From Bdellovibrionota bacterium (GTDB lineage: Bacteria > Bdellovibrionota > FAC87 > UBA2466 > JACKAF01): a stretch of DNA of 64,000 nt. The stretch spans positions 11,858-75,857 of the forward strand of contig JBGSIC010000013.1 in NCBI GenBank assembly GCA_041751875.1, read 5' to 3'. This document shows, piece by piece, positions 20,394 to 30,324 of the stretch. A model generated the notes under the pieces. The model did no database searches, was not told where the DNA came from, and saw only the letters and a list, made by a program, of their open reading frames with translations. Both the position numbers and the translations under genes were made by a program. Every line of letters begins with the position of its first letter. Within the stretch, counting starts at the first letter, position 1.

Positions 20394-22184
20394 ATGCGCA
20401 AATCCTTTCTGTATGCCACTATTGTGCTAGCCCTTCTATCGGGCTGTGCTCAAAACGGCTCGTTTGCTCAGCGCGACGAAGTCTCAGAATGGGATCAGAT
20501 CTTCGCTTTCTCTGGTGAAAATGCGACTGCGGCGGTTAATCCTCCGACCGACATCATTTTTCTTCTCGATAATAGCGGCTCGATGCAGGACGAAACACTT
20601 CGTCTCAGAAACGCGCTCACCGAACTGACAGGATCGCTGGCAAACGAACAACACGTCGACTACCGCGTTTACGGCCTTAACCTGTGGAGCATGTGGGCAA
20701 ACTCACAAGGCGTGATGGAAGTTCAGAGCTACAATTTCGACTCATACTCCGACCGAAATAGTTTTAGCGTGTTCAACACTTTTATTTCTGATGAAAGTTA
20801 TTTTTCTCCCTTCATGGATTCGTACACGATTGAGAACGGAATCGCGCTGGCGGGAGGTGCTCTCCAAACGCACTATTTCCTGAAACCTGACCTCTCACGA
20901 CAAACCAAAAATATTGAGTTTGTGATGATGAGCGACGAAGACAACGACTTTCAGAAATATGTACACCCGCTGACCGGCGAAGTTCAGTACGCGGCCTATC
21001 GAGATTATCTGATGTCGGGCCCGAATATTTACAACTATCGTATGGGTTATGATTCCGGCCGAACGACGCTCACTGTGGCAAACCGCTGTATTGCCTCCCC
21101 GAATACCTATAACGCCATTCCTGGAGATAACAGCGGACGCTACTACTGCCGTACCAGTTCAAACGAAGGTAGATTCACGAGCTATACTGCTACTCACATC
21201 GCGGATGTGCCAAACAGCTATTTGTGCATGGTCACTTCAGACAACCACACGCAAGAAATGGAACGCTGGAGCTGGGGTCCTGAATGTCGCATCAATCCGA
21301 ACGCAACCTATAATCGCCAACTCACATCGCATATCTACAACTCAACCACGAAGACTTATGCCATGGCCCCGGGTGTAAACAATGCAGTCCCGGTAACTTG
21401 CACTGAGCAACAATACATCCCGACCGTGTACCTAAACGGAAAAACCAACTGGAACTATTCGAACGTGCCCATCACTAGCATCACCACCGCTGCGTGCAAG
21501 TCCGGTTTTGCTACCGCCTACGCTCAGTATGGTGGATCAAACTATAGTGTTTTGCTTGATCCCAGCTTCGTTGCCCCGCAAGGAGTCACGGTTGCCCCCT
21601 CCGCTCGGATACAAAATAATTTTTCATCCACTGAATATTATGCCACTGACGAGGAACTCATAGCGGCGTATCAGCTCATGGTTCCCAGCGCAAAAAACAT
21701 TACGGTAGAAAGCCGTCCGGAATCTGAAGGGGCAGAAACCTCACTCTACCTTTCCAATCCGCAAGACTTTAAACGCATGTTGAAAGAAAGATTTCCTCAT
21801 CTCAACGTCGCGTTTAATGCGATCGTTGCGCAGAAAGACGGTGCTTGCCGTGAGGGCGATCAGTCAAACAACGTGGAAGGTAAACGTTATAAGCTGATGG
21901 CTGAAATGACCAAAGGATTTGTCGGTGATATTTGCGACCTCGACTTTAAACCCCTCATGAAAAAATTGGCCAGAAACGTTTTATTTAACAGTCGTCCCCA
22001 ATATCCTTTAAAGGGCTACGCCAACCCGCACGCCGTTCTTGAGGTCATCGACCAGGATACGGGAGATCCCCTAACTAAAGACGTTCACTATGAAATCACA
22101 CCCGATCGCTTGCACATCCGATTTGTGGAAGGTGCGGTTGATTTATCACACAAGTTCAAAATCAATCAGATCCGGCCCAACTAA
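20394..22184 (+). CDS. Lipoprotein with N-terminal vWA-like MIDAS motif, paralog A
   Basis: Lipobox LLSGC. DIIFLLDNSGSMQDE is a DxSxS MIDAS motif. Cys-rich, 596 aa. About 60% identical to the downstream gene. Confidence 0.7.
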   Translation: MRKSFLYATIVLALLSGCAQNGSFAQRDEVSEWDQIFAFSGENATAAVNPPTDIIFLLDNSGSMQDETLRLRNALTELTGSLANEQHVDYRVYGLNLWSMWANSQGVMEVQSYNFDSYSDRNSFSVFNTFISDESYFSPFMDSYTIENGIALAGGALQTHYFLKPDLSRQTKNIEFVMMSDEDNDFQKYVHPLTGEVQYAAYRDYLMSGPNIYNYRMGYDSGRTTLTVANRCIASPNTYNAIPGDNSGRYYCRTSSNEGRFTSYTATHIADVPNSYLCMVTSDNHTQEMERWSWGPECRINPNATYNRQLTSHIYNSTTKTYAMAPGVNNAVPVTCTEQQYIPTVYLNGKTNWNYSNVPITSITTAACKSGFATAYAQYGGSNYSVLLDPSFVAPQGVTVAPSARIQNNFSSTEYYATDEELIAAYQLMVPSAKNITVESRPESEGAETSLYLSNPQDFKRMLKERFPHLNVAFNAIVAQKDGACREGDQSNNVEGKRYKLMAEMTKGFVGDICDLDFKPLMKKLARNVLFNSRPQYPLKGYANPHAVLEVIDQDTGDPLTKDVHYEITPDRLHIRFVEGAVDLSHKFKINQIRPN

Positions 22185-22206
22185 CGAAGAGATTTTTGGA
22201 GTACTT

Positions 22207-23955
22207 ATGCGCAAACACATCTTCTGTGCTCTGATTCTCGTTCTTCTATCCGCCTGTTCCCAAGCTGGTTTTTTCGCCCACCGCGACGATGTGTCGGAAT
22301 GGTCACAACCTTTTAGCTTCGCGGGAGACGGTGCGGCCGTCGCTATCAACCCTGCCACTGATATTATTTTCCTGTTGGACAACAGCGGTTCCATGCAAGA
22401 CGAAGTCGGAAGGTTGAGATCTGCTCTAACCGAATTGCAAGGATCTTTGGCCAACGAAAAACACGTGGACTACCGCGTCTACGGATTAAACTTTTGGAAC
22501 ATGTGGGCAACTAATGGGGTAATGGATGTCTCCTTTGATGGAGGTTACTCAGATCGAAACAGTTTTGCGCCCTTTGAAACCTTCCTAAATTCGGACTCCT
22601 TCGGATTTCATCCTCATATGGATTCGTACACAATCCACAATGGAATCGCTCTCGCGGGAGGAGCCCTTCGGGAACAATACCACCTTAATCCTGATGTCAC
22701 ACGGGTCACCAAAAACGTGGAGTTCGTTATGGTTAGCGACGAGGACAACGACCTTCAGAAATATGTTCACCCGCTCACCGGCGAGGTTGCCTACGAGAAC
22801 TATCGCGACTATCTGATGGTGGGACCGAATACATACAACTACCGAGTGAACTACGAAACGGGAAAAACTCGCTTGAATGTTTCCAATCGCTGCCTTGTTT
22901 CTCCCAATACTTACAACGCTGCGGCGGGAGAAAACTACCACCGCTACTACTGCAAAGCGAGTGGCGAAGAAGGCCAATTCTCGTATTCCACCTTCACCCA
23001 TATTGCCGATGTTCCGAGTAGCTATTTATGCATGATGACTTCTGATAATCACACGCAAGAGGTAGTGAGCTGGCAATATAGTACCGGCTGCCGCCTTAAT
23101 CCGAATGCCACTTATAGCCGCCGTCTCACAACTCAACCCACAGTGCCCGGCGTTACAAACGCTGTCCCCGTAACCTGCAGGGAACAATGGTACCAACCAA
23201 TCGTTATTTTTAACGGAAACGCCAACTACAATTACACCTCTCCCGTTTCCAGCATGACCATAGCTGCCTGCCGCTCGGGCTTCGCACCCACCACTGTGCA
23301 GAACAGCAACTCTAACTATCACGTCGATTTAGCGCCCTCTTTCGTTGCACCTAATGGCGTTACTGTCGGGCCTGCACCGCGGACTTCAACGAACTTCAAC
23401 TCGCAAGAGTTTTTCGCCACCGATGACGAAGTCATCGCCGCATATCGGGCTATAAACCCGAGCGCCCTTAACATTGCTGTCGAAAGCAGGCCCGAAACGG
23501 GACTTGTTCAAGAGAAACAGTACTATTCAACTCCGCAAGGTTTTGGCGCCATGCTGAGAGAAAAGTTTCCTCACTTAAAAGTGGCTTTCAACGCAATTAT
23601 AGCCAAAAAAGACGGGGCTTGCGTTGAAGGCGAACAAACCAACAACGTCGAGGGAAAACGTTACAAACTCGTTGCAGAAATGACCAAGGGTTTTATCGGT
23701 GATATCTGCGACGTCGACTTTAAGCCACTCATGAAAAAACTGGCAAGCAACGTGCTTTTTAATAGCCGCCCTCAATACGCCTTAGCCAGATTTGCTAACC
23801 CTGATGCGATTCTTGAAGTAGTCGATCTCAATCTCGACGAAAAATTGTTTGAAGGTGAGCACTACGAAATCACACCTGACCGACTGCATATTCGTTTTAT
23901 TGAAGGTGCTGTGGACATTACGCACAGATTCATGATCACGCAGATCCGTAAGTAA
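22207..23955 (+). CDS. Lipoprotein with N-terminal vWA-like MIDAS motif, paralog B
   Basis: Lipobox LLSAC and the same DIIFLLDNSGSMQDE motif. The identical RBS/start context TTGGAGTACNTATGCGCAAA is shared with paralog A. ATG at 22207, so the track ORF start is over-extended. Confidence 0.7.
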   Translation: MRKHIFCALILVLLSACSQAGFFAHRDDVSEWSQPFSFAGDGAAVAINPATDIIFLLDNSGSMQDEVGRLRSALTELQGSLANEKHVDYRVYGLNFWNMWATNGVMDVSFDGGYSDRNSFAPFETFLNSDSFGFHPHMDSYTIHNGIALAGGALREQYHLNPDVTRVTKNVEFVMVSDEDNDLQKYVHPLTGEVAYENYRDYLMVGPNTYNYRVNYETGKTRLNVSNRCLVSPNTYNAAAGENYHRYYCKASGEEGQFSYSTFTHIADVPSSYLCMMTSDNHTQEVVSWQYSTGCRLNPNATYSRRLTTQPTVPGVTNAVPVTCREQWYQPIVIFNGNANYNYTSPVSSMTIAACRSGFAPTTVQNSNSNYHVDLAPSFVAPNGVTVGPAPRTSTNFNSQEFFATDDEVIAAYRAINPSALNIAVESRPETGLVQEKQYYSTPQGFGAMLREKFPHLKVAFNAIIAKKDGACVEGEQTNNVEGKRYKLVAEMTKGFIGDICDVDFKPLMKKLASNVLFNSRPQYALARFANPDAILEVVDLNLDEKLFEGEHYEITPDRLHIRFIEGAVDITHRFMITQIRK

Positions 23956-23960
23956 ATCGC

Positions 23961-23977
23961 GAGCCTAGCTTAGGCTC
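23961..23977 (+). terminator. Hairpin downstream of vWA paralog B
   Basis: GAGCCTA-GCT-TAGGCTC is a perfect 7-bp stem with a 3-nt loop, 6 nt after the stop. No U-tract follows. Confidence 0.3.
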
Positions 23978-24033
23978 CCTCCGAGCGTGCCTTACTCCTT
24001 GTGCCAAGCACGAACCCGGAGTAAAACGGCCGT

Positions 24034-24396
24034 ATGTTTCGGCGATTTCAGCTTCCCTTCATTGCCCTAGGCCTCTTCGCGCTCGTCGGCGCATCCAGCC
24101 TGGGTGTTGCCCTTCACTACTGGTTAGTGCCTCATGGGTATTGCGCCCAATCAGGCGCAGTAGTCCACAAGAGCGAGTGCCACCACGCCCAAACCAGCGC
24201 TTTAAGCTCTCGGACCGACCACACTGATGAATGCCAGAGCGCTTTTTTAGGTCAACGCCGATTTCTGCGATCAGCGCCTCTAGAACAATTTTTGGTCAGT
24301 GTTCCAACGAGGTTCGCACCGCTCCCCTATATTTCGGTTTCTTTGAGTGTTGCTCGTTACGCATACGCCCCTAAGAACTCACCGCCTCAGATCTAG
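24034..24396 (+). CDS. Hypothetical membrane protein with His/Cys cluster
   Basis: N-terminal transmembrane segment. Contains KSECHHAQ and HTDEC. No family recognised. Confidence 0.3.
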   Translation: MFRRFQLPFIALGLFALVGASSLGVALHYWLVPHGYCAQSGAVVHKSECHHAQTSALSSRTDHTDECQSAFLGQRRFLRSAPLEQFLVSVPTRFAPLPYISVSLSVARYAYAPKNSPPQI

Positions 24397-24439
24397 AGTC
24401 CTTTTTTACTTTTTATTCCTATTCATTTTTGAGGTCTTT

Positions 24440-25114
24440 ATGAAATTTCTTATGTTTGCTTTTTTAACTGTTTTTCTTCTCGTCAGTTGCGAATCGAAAG
24501 TTACCAGCTCTTTTAATGACCTTGGCGAACGGGAGGGTTTGAAAATCCTGCAAAGTAGCAATTCGCTCAGTGACCCGCGCTCCAATAATCGCTTCCACGT
24601 TGAATTTACTCTTGATGACTTCGATAGCCGTTTCGAACTTGTGACCAATGCCAATGCTGATCTGAGTGAGGGCATCGTGATCTCCTTTAAACGCATGGGC
24701 GACGCACTCGCCTACTCAATCGCCGGGGGCGAAGACATTATTTGGGAGCACGGAAATGCCTTGAACAGACTCTCCTTCGATATCGAAGTATTGAATAATC
24801 ACGGCGGAACTTCGGCCATCGAGATTGATGGGGTGACAGAAGAAGAACAAGTGTTTCCCGCGTCAGTTGGTAAGGATCGGTTCTGGGGCGTGCGTGTACA
24901 GGGCGTGCAAAACTGGCTCGCCACGGTAGAAAAAAATATTGCGCATGACCACGGCCACCAGCACGATGACCATGATCATGGAGATGGTGATGGACACGAT
25001 CATGACCATGACGACCACAGAGAGGATTTTGAACCCACTGCCGTTCAGGGAGAATTTCGGATGCCCAAGGACTATCCACTGCGCACGGCGCCCGGACAAG
25101 AGCTCTACCCCTAG
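24440..25114 (+). CDS. Lipoprotein with C-terminal His/Asp-rich metal-binding tail
   Basis: Signal peptide MKFLMFAFLTVFLLVSC (lipobox). C-terminal HDHGHQHDDHDHGDGDGHDHDHDDH. GAGG RBS 6 nt upstream of the ATG. Confidence 0.55.
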   Translation: MKFLMFAFLTVFLLVSCESKVTSSFNDLGEREGLKILQSSNSLSDPRSNNRFHVEFTLDDFDSRFELVTNANADLSEGIVISFKRMGDALAYSIAGGEDIIWEHGNALNRLSFDIEVLNNHGGTSAIEIDGVTEEEQVFPASVGKDRFWGVRVQGVQNWLATVEKNIAHDHGHQHDDHDHGDGDGHDHDHDDHREDFEPTAVQGEFRMPKDYPLRTAPGQELYP

Positions 25115-25123
25115 GAGGTTGCC

Positions 25124-26191
25124 ATGCCGATACGCCACTTTTGCTTTGGGGTTCTGATCACGCTTGTCCTGGGATTTGGTATCTCTGCACGGGGGGAAAT
25201 CAACGGAACCGGTTTACAAATTGCCGCGACCGCTGACTTTGCCGGTGGCTTCGGCCTAACGCAGAACTCGGGCGGACCGGGTCGCTTTCAAATATTTCGC
25301 GAGGGAGAGATCATGGCGTTCTCCCCCGCGGACTATCTTTTTGATGGCCGACTGACTATCGCTGCCGAAAACGATGGCGGCATTATTGAGCTCGTTCTGC
25401 ACGAAGCGATTCTCAGCTCAAGCCGACTCATTCCACGGTCCCGCTTTCGACTTGGTCAGTTTTTCTTGAATGTCGGCAGGATCAATTCCCTACACCGACA
25501 TGATTGGCCGTTTACCAGTACCCCCAAAGCTCACGGCGAAATTTTTGAAGTGGGCGACATGGAGGGGGTGTCAGATTTGGGATTTGAATATAGCTATCTC
25601 CTTCCCATTCCGTTCTACCTGGATCTTACTCTCGGCGTCACTTCGGGGTGGACCTTCGGGCACGTCCATGGGACCGCGGGGGATCCGCCACAAGTTCCGA
25701 CTCACTACGGCCGGCTCATGACCTATTTTGATTTGCCGGGTGGGGGAGGCGCACAGGTCGGTACCAGTTACCTTGGTCGCAAGGACTTCTTCGGAACACC
25801 GACCTCCATCTTTGGAGTGGATGCGGTTCTTAAGTGGAGAGAAAATCAACGCATCGTCTGGCTTCTGCAAAGCGAGCTCTGGTACCGAAAGAAGTCGACC
25901 GTGGGAGTCACTGCGAGTGAGTCGTTCGGCGGCTATCTTTTTGCCCAGTACGGCTTAACCCAACGCGCTTACGCGGGAGTGCGTTTGGACTATTACAAGC
26001 AGCTCCTTAGCAAGGACTACACTTTAGGTGTGCTCCCGCAATTCACCTATCAACCCAGCGAGTTTACTACTTTCCGGGCGAGTTATAGAGTGGAAATGGA
26101 TTTTTCGAACGCGGTCTTCGACCGCACGAAACACTTCGTGGAACTGCAAGCTGTCTTTATATTAGGGAGTCACCCCGCGCATGAATTCTAA
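25124..26191 (+). CDS. Hypothetical outer-membrane protein
   Basis: A signal peptide is present. The segments are Gly/aromatic-rich and amphipathic. It sits in an operon-like arrangement between the His-rich lipoprotein and the metal ABC transporter. Confidence 0.45.
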   Translation: MPIRHFCFGVLITLVLGFGISARGEINGTGLQIAATADFAGGFGLTQNSGGPGRFQIFREGEIMAFSPADYLFDGRLTIAAENDGGIIELVLHEAILSSSRLIPRSRFRLGQFFLNVGRINSLHRHDWPFTSTPKAHGEIFEVGDMEGVSDLGFEYSYLLPIPFYLDLTLGVTSGWTFGHVHGTAGDPPQVPTHYGRLMTYFDLPGGGGAQVGTSYLGRKDFFGTPTSIFGVDAVLKWRENQRIVWLLQSELWYRKKSTVGVTASESFGGYLFAQYGLTQRAYAGVRLDYYKQLLSKDYTLGVLPQFTYQPSEFTTFRASYRVEMDFSNAVFDRTKHFVELQAVFILGSHPAHEF

Positions 26192-27107
26192 GTTTATTTT
26201 CCTTCTTCTCGTTCTCAGTTTTTCCCCGGCATGGGCCAAAGTGAGTGTTGTCACTACAACGACTGATCTCGCCTGGGCCGCACGACACGTAGGTGGAGAA
26301 TGGGTGGAAGTTCGCTCACTACTCACGGGAAAAGAGAACCCGCACTATCTCGACGCGTCTCCGCGTTTCATCCGCCAAGTTGCTGACGCGGACGTACTTT
26401 TTCTCATAGGCTTTGACCTGGAAGTCGGGTGGCTTCCCAAAGTTCTGGAGCGCTCGGGAAACGCGAAGGTGCAACGGGGTGGAGTCGGTTTCGGTGAAAC
26501 GGGAAGAGTGATCACCCCGCTCCAACGACCGGCCGTTGTGGTGGATAGGTCGATGGGAGATGTTCACGCCCTGGGAAATCCCCACTACTGGTTGAGCCCG
26601 ACCGCCTTTGGAGAAGTCGTGGCGTACATTGGGGAAACCCTGGGCCGCATCGATCCCGAACACGCCGCTGGGTACTTGGCTAACGCCACCAAGCTCAAGG
26701 AAAGTTTGGACGCACTTGTTAAAAGGAATCTGCCCAAACTCGCCCCATGGAAAGGCAAAGCACCGCTCGTGATCGAGTACCACCAAGAATTTATCTACCT
26801 CTTTAATCAGTATGGTGTGTTGTCTCTGGGAAGCATTGAGGAGAAACCCGGCGTGTTGCCTTCCGCAGGAAGGTTGGCGCGCATCGGGGCCACCGCAAAA
26901 AGCGCAGGGATAAAAGTCGCTTTCACCGCGCCCTATAACCCGCAGGATGTACTCGCCAAGTTTCACGAACTATCGGGCGTACCTGTCTTTACGGTACCGA
27001 CGTCTGTTCAATCCAGTGGGCCCTATTCCGACTACGAGGCTTTGCACCAACACATGGTAGATTCTCTGGTGAACTATCTCAGTGGAACCTCGAAAGGAAA
27101 CTCCTGA
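26181..27107 (+). CDS. znuA: Metal (Zn/Mn) ABC transporter substrate-binding protein, ZnuA/TroA family
   Basis: Signal peptide. Cluster A-I SBP-like sequence with HYLD/HYW metal-ligand regions. Followed by the cognate ATPase and permease. Confidence 0.7.
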   Translation: MNSKFIFLLLVLSFSPAWAKVSVVTTTTDLAWAARHVGGEWVEVRSLLTGKENPHYLDASPRFIRQVADADVLFLIGFDLEVGWLPKVLERSGNAKVQRGGVGFGETGRVITPLQRPAVVVDRSMGDVHALGNPHYWLSPTAFGEVVAYIGETLGRIDPEHAAGYLANATKLKESLDALVKRNLPKLAPWKGKAPLVIEYHQEFIYLFNQYGVLSLGSIEEKPGVLPSAGRLARIGATAKSAGIKVAFTAPYNPQDVLAKFHELSGVPVFTVPTSVQSSGPYSDYEALHQHMVDSLVNYLSGTSKGNS

Positions 27108-27109
27108 TT

Positions 27110-27712
27110 GTGGGTGCACCACTTCTCGAAGTACGCTCGTTAAGTTACGGCCATTTCGCTCACAAGCCCCTCGGTCGCAATCTTTCTTTTACGCTTGAGA
27201 ACGATTCGATCCTCTATATCGAAGGGCCAAACGGGTCGGGAAAATCTTCCCTACTCCGCGTCCTATTGGGACAACGCGCGCCCTTGGGCGGAACGGTTTT
27301 TTGGGGAATTGAAAAGAAACGAATTAGCTATATCCCGCAGCTGCAAAACACGGACTTCCATTTGCCGGTGACACTCGCAGACCTGCTGCGCGTTTCTTAC
27401 CCAGGTCACTGGGAAAATTCCAAAGCCCTCAAGTGGGGTCTTTTATCCGAAACTCAGTTGGATCTCGCATGGAACTCAGCCAGTGGCGGCGAGAGAAAGC
27501 GCACGCTTCTGACACGCGCGCTGTTAAACGATAGCGCCGTATTAGTGCTTGATGAACCGATGAACCACCTGGACCAAGAAAGTCGCCAATTGATTCAGTC
27601 TGCGCTTCAAAACTGCTCCGCCTCCATGATCGTCGTGAGCCACGACGAGCAAGAGACATTGCAATCCAAGAAGAAGGTGCAACGCCTCTTGTTGGGAGAA
27701 AATCATGAGTAG
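27110..27712 (+). CDS. znuC: Metal ABC transporter ATP-binding protein (ZnuC-like)
   Basis: Walker A GPNGSGKSSL, signature-like SGGERKR and Walker B VLVLDEP. Short at 200 aa. Confidence 0.7.
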   Translation: MGAPLLEVRSLSYGHFAHKPLGRNLSFTLENDSILYIEGPNGSGKSSLLRVLLGQRAPLGGTVFWGIEKKRISYIPQLQNTDFHLPVTLADLLRVSYPGHWENSKALKWGLLSETQLDLAWNSASGGERKRTLLTRALLNDSAVLVLDEPMNHLDQESRQLIQSALQNCSASMIVVSHDEQETLQSKKKVQRLLLGENHE

Positions 27713-28538
27713 TTTACTTGCGATCTACGCCTTACCGCTTGCCGCGGGTTCCTGTTTTGCAGTGGGCTTGTCGATCCTGGGAGGCCACTTAGCGGCGCGA
27801 GACAAAGCCATGCAAACGCTTTGCATTGGTCAAGCCGCCACGCTGGGTATTTTGTTCGGTATCGGGCTGATTCACGGTGTGATGGAAACGGAAAGTTCCC
27901 TGCATTACAGTCCTGTCGTGATCGGTTTTCTTTTTTCCCTAATGGCTTACTCTTTCGGGGAATGGACGGTACGCAAGGTTACCACCTCCCGAAATTCCTA
28001 CTTCGCTGCGATTTTTGTTTCCTTACTTGCCGCGACATCGCTCTTGAGTGTCGTATTGCCGGGCTTGGAAAATCATCTTTCTCAGGTTTTCTTTGGGGAT
28101 CTTGCGACTCTTTCTGACCGCGATAGCTTGGTTATGCTCGTGGCTTCTCTTCTGACTTTGGCGTTTCTGTTAATTTTTGCAAAAAAGTTTACCAACGGCT
28201 CGTTTGAAACCGCTATTTTTGGATACGAATCAGGAGGAGCGCGCGGATTTAACCTGTTTGCGCTTTTTGTGATTGCGCTCTCGGTTCAGTTTCTCGGATT
28301 TCTCTTTACTGCGTCCTGTCTATTTCTTCCGACAACCCTACTACGGGAAGGAACAGGCAAGGAACTCAATCGGCATTTTATCACGTGTGCGCTAATAGCT
28401 GGATCTAGTGCGGCTCTTGGGTTTTTGTTGTCATTGAATTGGGAGCGCTTACCCACGGTTCCCGTGATTGTCGCTGTGATGATAGTCTTGGGATCCCTGA
28501 GCGCATTTGTAGGAAAACGCGTCTACCGTCAAACTTAA
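27705..28538 (+). CDS. znuB: Metal ABC transporter permease (ZnuB-like)
   Basis: About 8 transmembrane helices. Overlaps the ATPase gene by 8 nt, which suggests translational coupling. Confidence 0.65.
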   Translation: MSSLLAIYALPLAAGSCFAVGLSILGGHLAARDKAMQTLCIGQAATLGILFGIGLIHGVMETESSLHYSPVVIGFLFSLMAYSFGEWTVRKVTTSRNSYFAAIFVSLLAATSLLSVVLPGLENHLSQVFFGDLATLSDRDSLVMLVASLLTLAFLLIFAKKFTNGSFETAIFGYESGGARGFNLFALFVIALSVQFLGFLFTASCLFLPTTLLREGTGKELNRHFITCALIAGSSAALGFLLSLNWERLPTVPVIVAVMIVLGSLSAFVGKRVYRQT

Positions 28539-28542
28539 TAAA

Positions 28543-28983
28543 CTAGAGACGCTCTTTTAATCGGTTCAACCACTTCGTAAAGGGTTCGTTCGATTTGTTG
28601 GCGACTCCGTCGCCACAGAGATCTTTCTTTTCTGCTTTTTCTTCTTTAAGCGTCACCGTTACCGAAAGAGGAACTTCGCAACCCTGCACTTGTTGTTCAG
28701 GCGACCCGCTCACCCAACCATGAAAATTATCATACATTTTGTAGAAGTTTACTTCGGAGACCATCATCGTTTTAGTGATGGTTTGATTCTCATAGGTTGA
28801 AATGAGATAAACAGGACTATTGTATTTGAAATGCTTCAGAAACAGGACGCCCTCGCCTTGCGGCGTTTTTAGGTCCACGCGCACTGATTGCGTTTGGCGT
28901 TCATAGAACGCTTTTTTTTCCCAAAAGGCGTGGCCTTTTTGACCAACAGCCAACAACGTTATAATGAGCAACCACTTCCACAT
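28543..28983 (-). CDS. Hypothetical secreted protein
   Basis: Signal peptide MWKWLLIITLLAVGQKGHA. No motif recognised. Confidence 0.4.
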   Translation of the reverse strand: MWKWLLIITLLAVGQKGHAFWEKKAFYERQTQSVRVDLKTPQGEGVLFLKHFKYNSPVYLISTYENQTITKTMMVSEVNFYKMYDNFHGWVSGSPEQQVQGCEVPLSVTVTLKEEKAEKKDLCGDGVANKSNEPFTKWLNRLKERL

Positions 28984-29249
28984 ATTTCACTTCCGCTGCC
29001 CCTCAAGAATGCAACGCCCGCGCCAAAACAGGGATTAAAGGACACCACACAATTCCAGGGTTTTTTGCTCTTTGGCGTCGATCAACTGCCTGTATGCTGC
29101 ACAGATACAGGCCGAAAATTGTCCCTTTCCCTTGTTCCCCTTACTTCTCAGATCTGAGATTTTTCCCAACTTCGAGACGCAATCTAGCGCAAATAGGCAC
29201 AAGAAGACTGGCACACGAAGTGTAATTCCTCCTTTATAAGGAGGTTGGG

Positions 29250-30011
29250 GTGCGGTGTGATGGACACATGAAACTCACGCGCGAGGCGATTCGCCGCGTG
29301 CAGCGGGATTGCCCTTACGTACGAGAACTCTGCGAGGCCCCGATGTTTCGTCAAGAAATAGAGGGCTGGACAAACGCGCGGCAGTCGAATTCGAGCGATC
29401 ACTATTCCGCCGTAGCACGCTACTTCTTACCTCCTGATGACACGGGCAACCTGCCCTTTGAAGTCATGGCGGTAGATATTTCACACGCGTGGACTCACAA
29501 CGCGTCTTCCGGTCAACGCTACCATTTCATGCGCGCGGGCAACGAGTCGCCGCTGGGGGCGTACCGCAACGCTTGTGATTTTATCTTGGGACAGATGAAC
29601 CGTTGGTTAACCCTGTTTGGTCAGACCTACCGGTGGCCAGAAATTCTTTCACGCGGACTTCGCACAACAGGATTTTTGGGATGCGCCATTCACTCGCTAC
29701 AGGACTCTTTCTCGCCCGGCCACACAACGCGGGGTTTTCACACCACACCAACCTTTGTATGGAATCCGAATCTTCCTCAGCCCATTCGCGAAATTCATAT
29801 CTACAGCCAGCAGGATCACGATCATCACGCACATGATGACTATCAATCCGGTTCGCTGGATACTTACGAAGGACAAATGGCAATTTTGGCTACTACGGAG
29901 CTGATCACCCTGGGCCTCAAGAACGTCTCGGAAAAAAGTGCCTCGTTAAAAGGCTGGGACCTTTTCCAGAATAAGTGGCTGGCACAGGTGGGACTCAGCG
30001 CCGCGCCTTAG
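29250..30011 (+). CDS. Zinc-dependent phospholipase C / S1-P1 nuclease-like protein with His-rich segment
   Basis: HSLQDSFSPGH matches the H-x3-D-x3-P-x-H zinc-binding signature of the Zn-PLC/P1 nuclease family. Also carries QQDHDHHAHDD. Confidence 0.5.
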   Translation: MRCDGHMKLTREAIRRVQRDCPYVRELCEAPMFRQEIEGWTNARQSNSSDHYSAVARYFLPPDDTGNLPFEVMAVDISHAWTHNASSGQRYHFMRAGNESPLGAYRNACDFILGQMNRWLTLFGQTYRWPEILSRGLRTTGFLGCAIHSLQDSFSPGHTTRGFHTTPTFVWNPNLPQPIREIHIYSQQDHDHHAHDDYQSGSLDTYEGQMAILATTELITLGLKNVSEKSASLKGWDLFQNKWLAQVGLSAAP

Positions 30012-30033
30012 CCGCACACATTTCAGGAGCAGC

Positions 30034-30324
30034 ATGTCGAAACTGAAAACTTTTTTTTGGCCACTCAACAAAGTTTCCGGGGCTCTTCTTTGGATCCTGC
30101 TCTGGTTTCCCGTCAGTGCGCTTTTTCCCAGTCACCCCGATTTCCCCTTCGCCAATTGGATGGCTCCCTTATCGGCGCTTCTTATCACGATGCGTTCTGG
30201 CTTTCCTCCAACAGCTGAGTATTGGTGGGCCGCGTTTCAGCTCTACTACGGGGCGGCATTGTTTTTTTGGGTGGGGTTGGCGTTGATCATCCGTTTCCTG
30301 CCGAGGTCTAGAAAAACAGTTTGA
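30034..30324 (+). CDS. Hypothetical small membrane protein
   Basis: Two or three hydrophobic helices. 96 aa. Confidence 0.35.
   Translation: MSKLKTFFWPLNKVSGALLWILLWFPVSALFPSHPDFPFANWMAPLSALLITMRSGFPPTAEYWWAAFQLYYGAALFFWVGLALIIRFLPRSRKTV

Noticed and set aside
20123-20419. 98-aa minus-strand ORF in the spacer upstream of vWA paralog A
   Set aside because: No RBS or motif. The region is more likely the promoter/regulatory region for the divergent TPR and vWA genes.
24940-25035. Short-period nucleotide repetition (CATGAC/CACGAT units) that could look like a tandem repeat or mini-array
   Set aside because: It is the coding sequence of the His/Asp-rich tail (HDHDHG...). There is no spacer-repeat architecture, so it is not a CRISPR.
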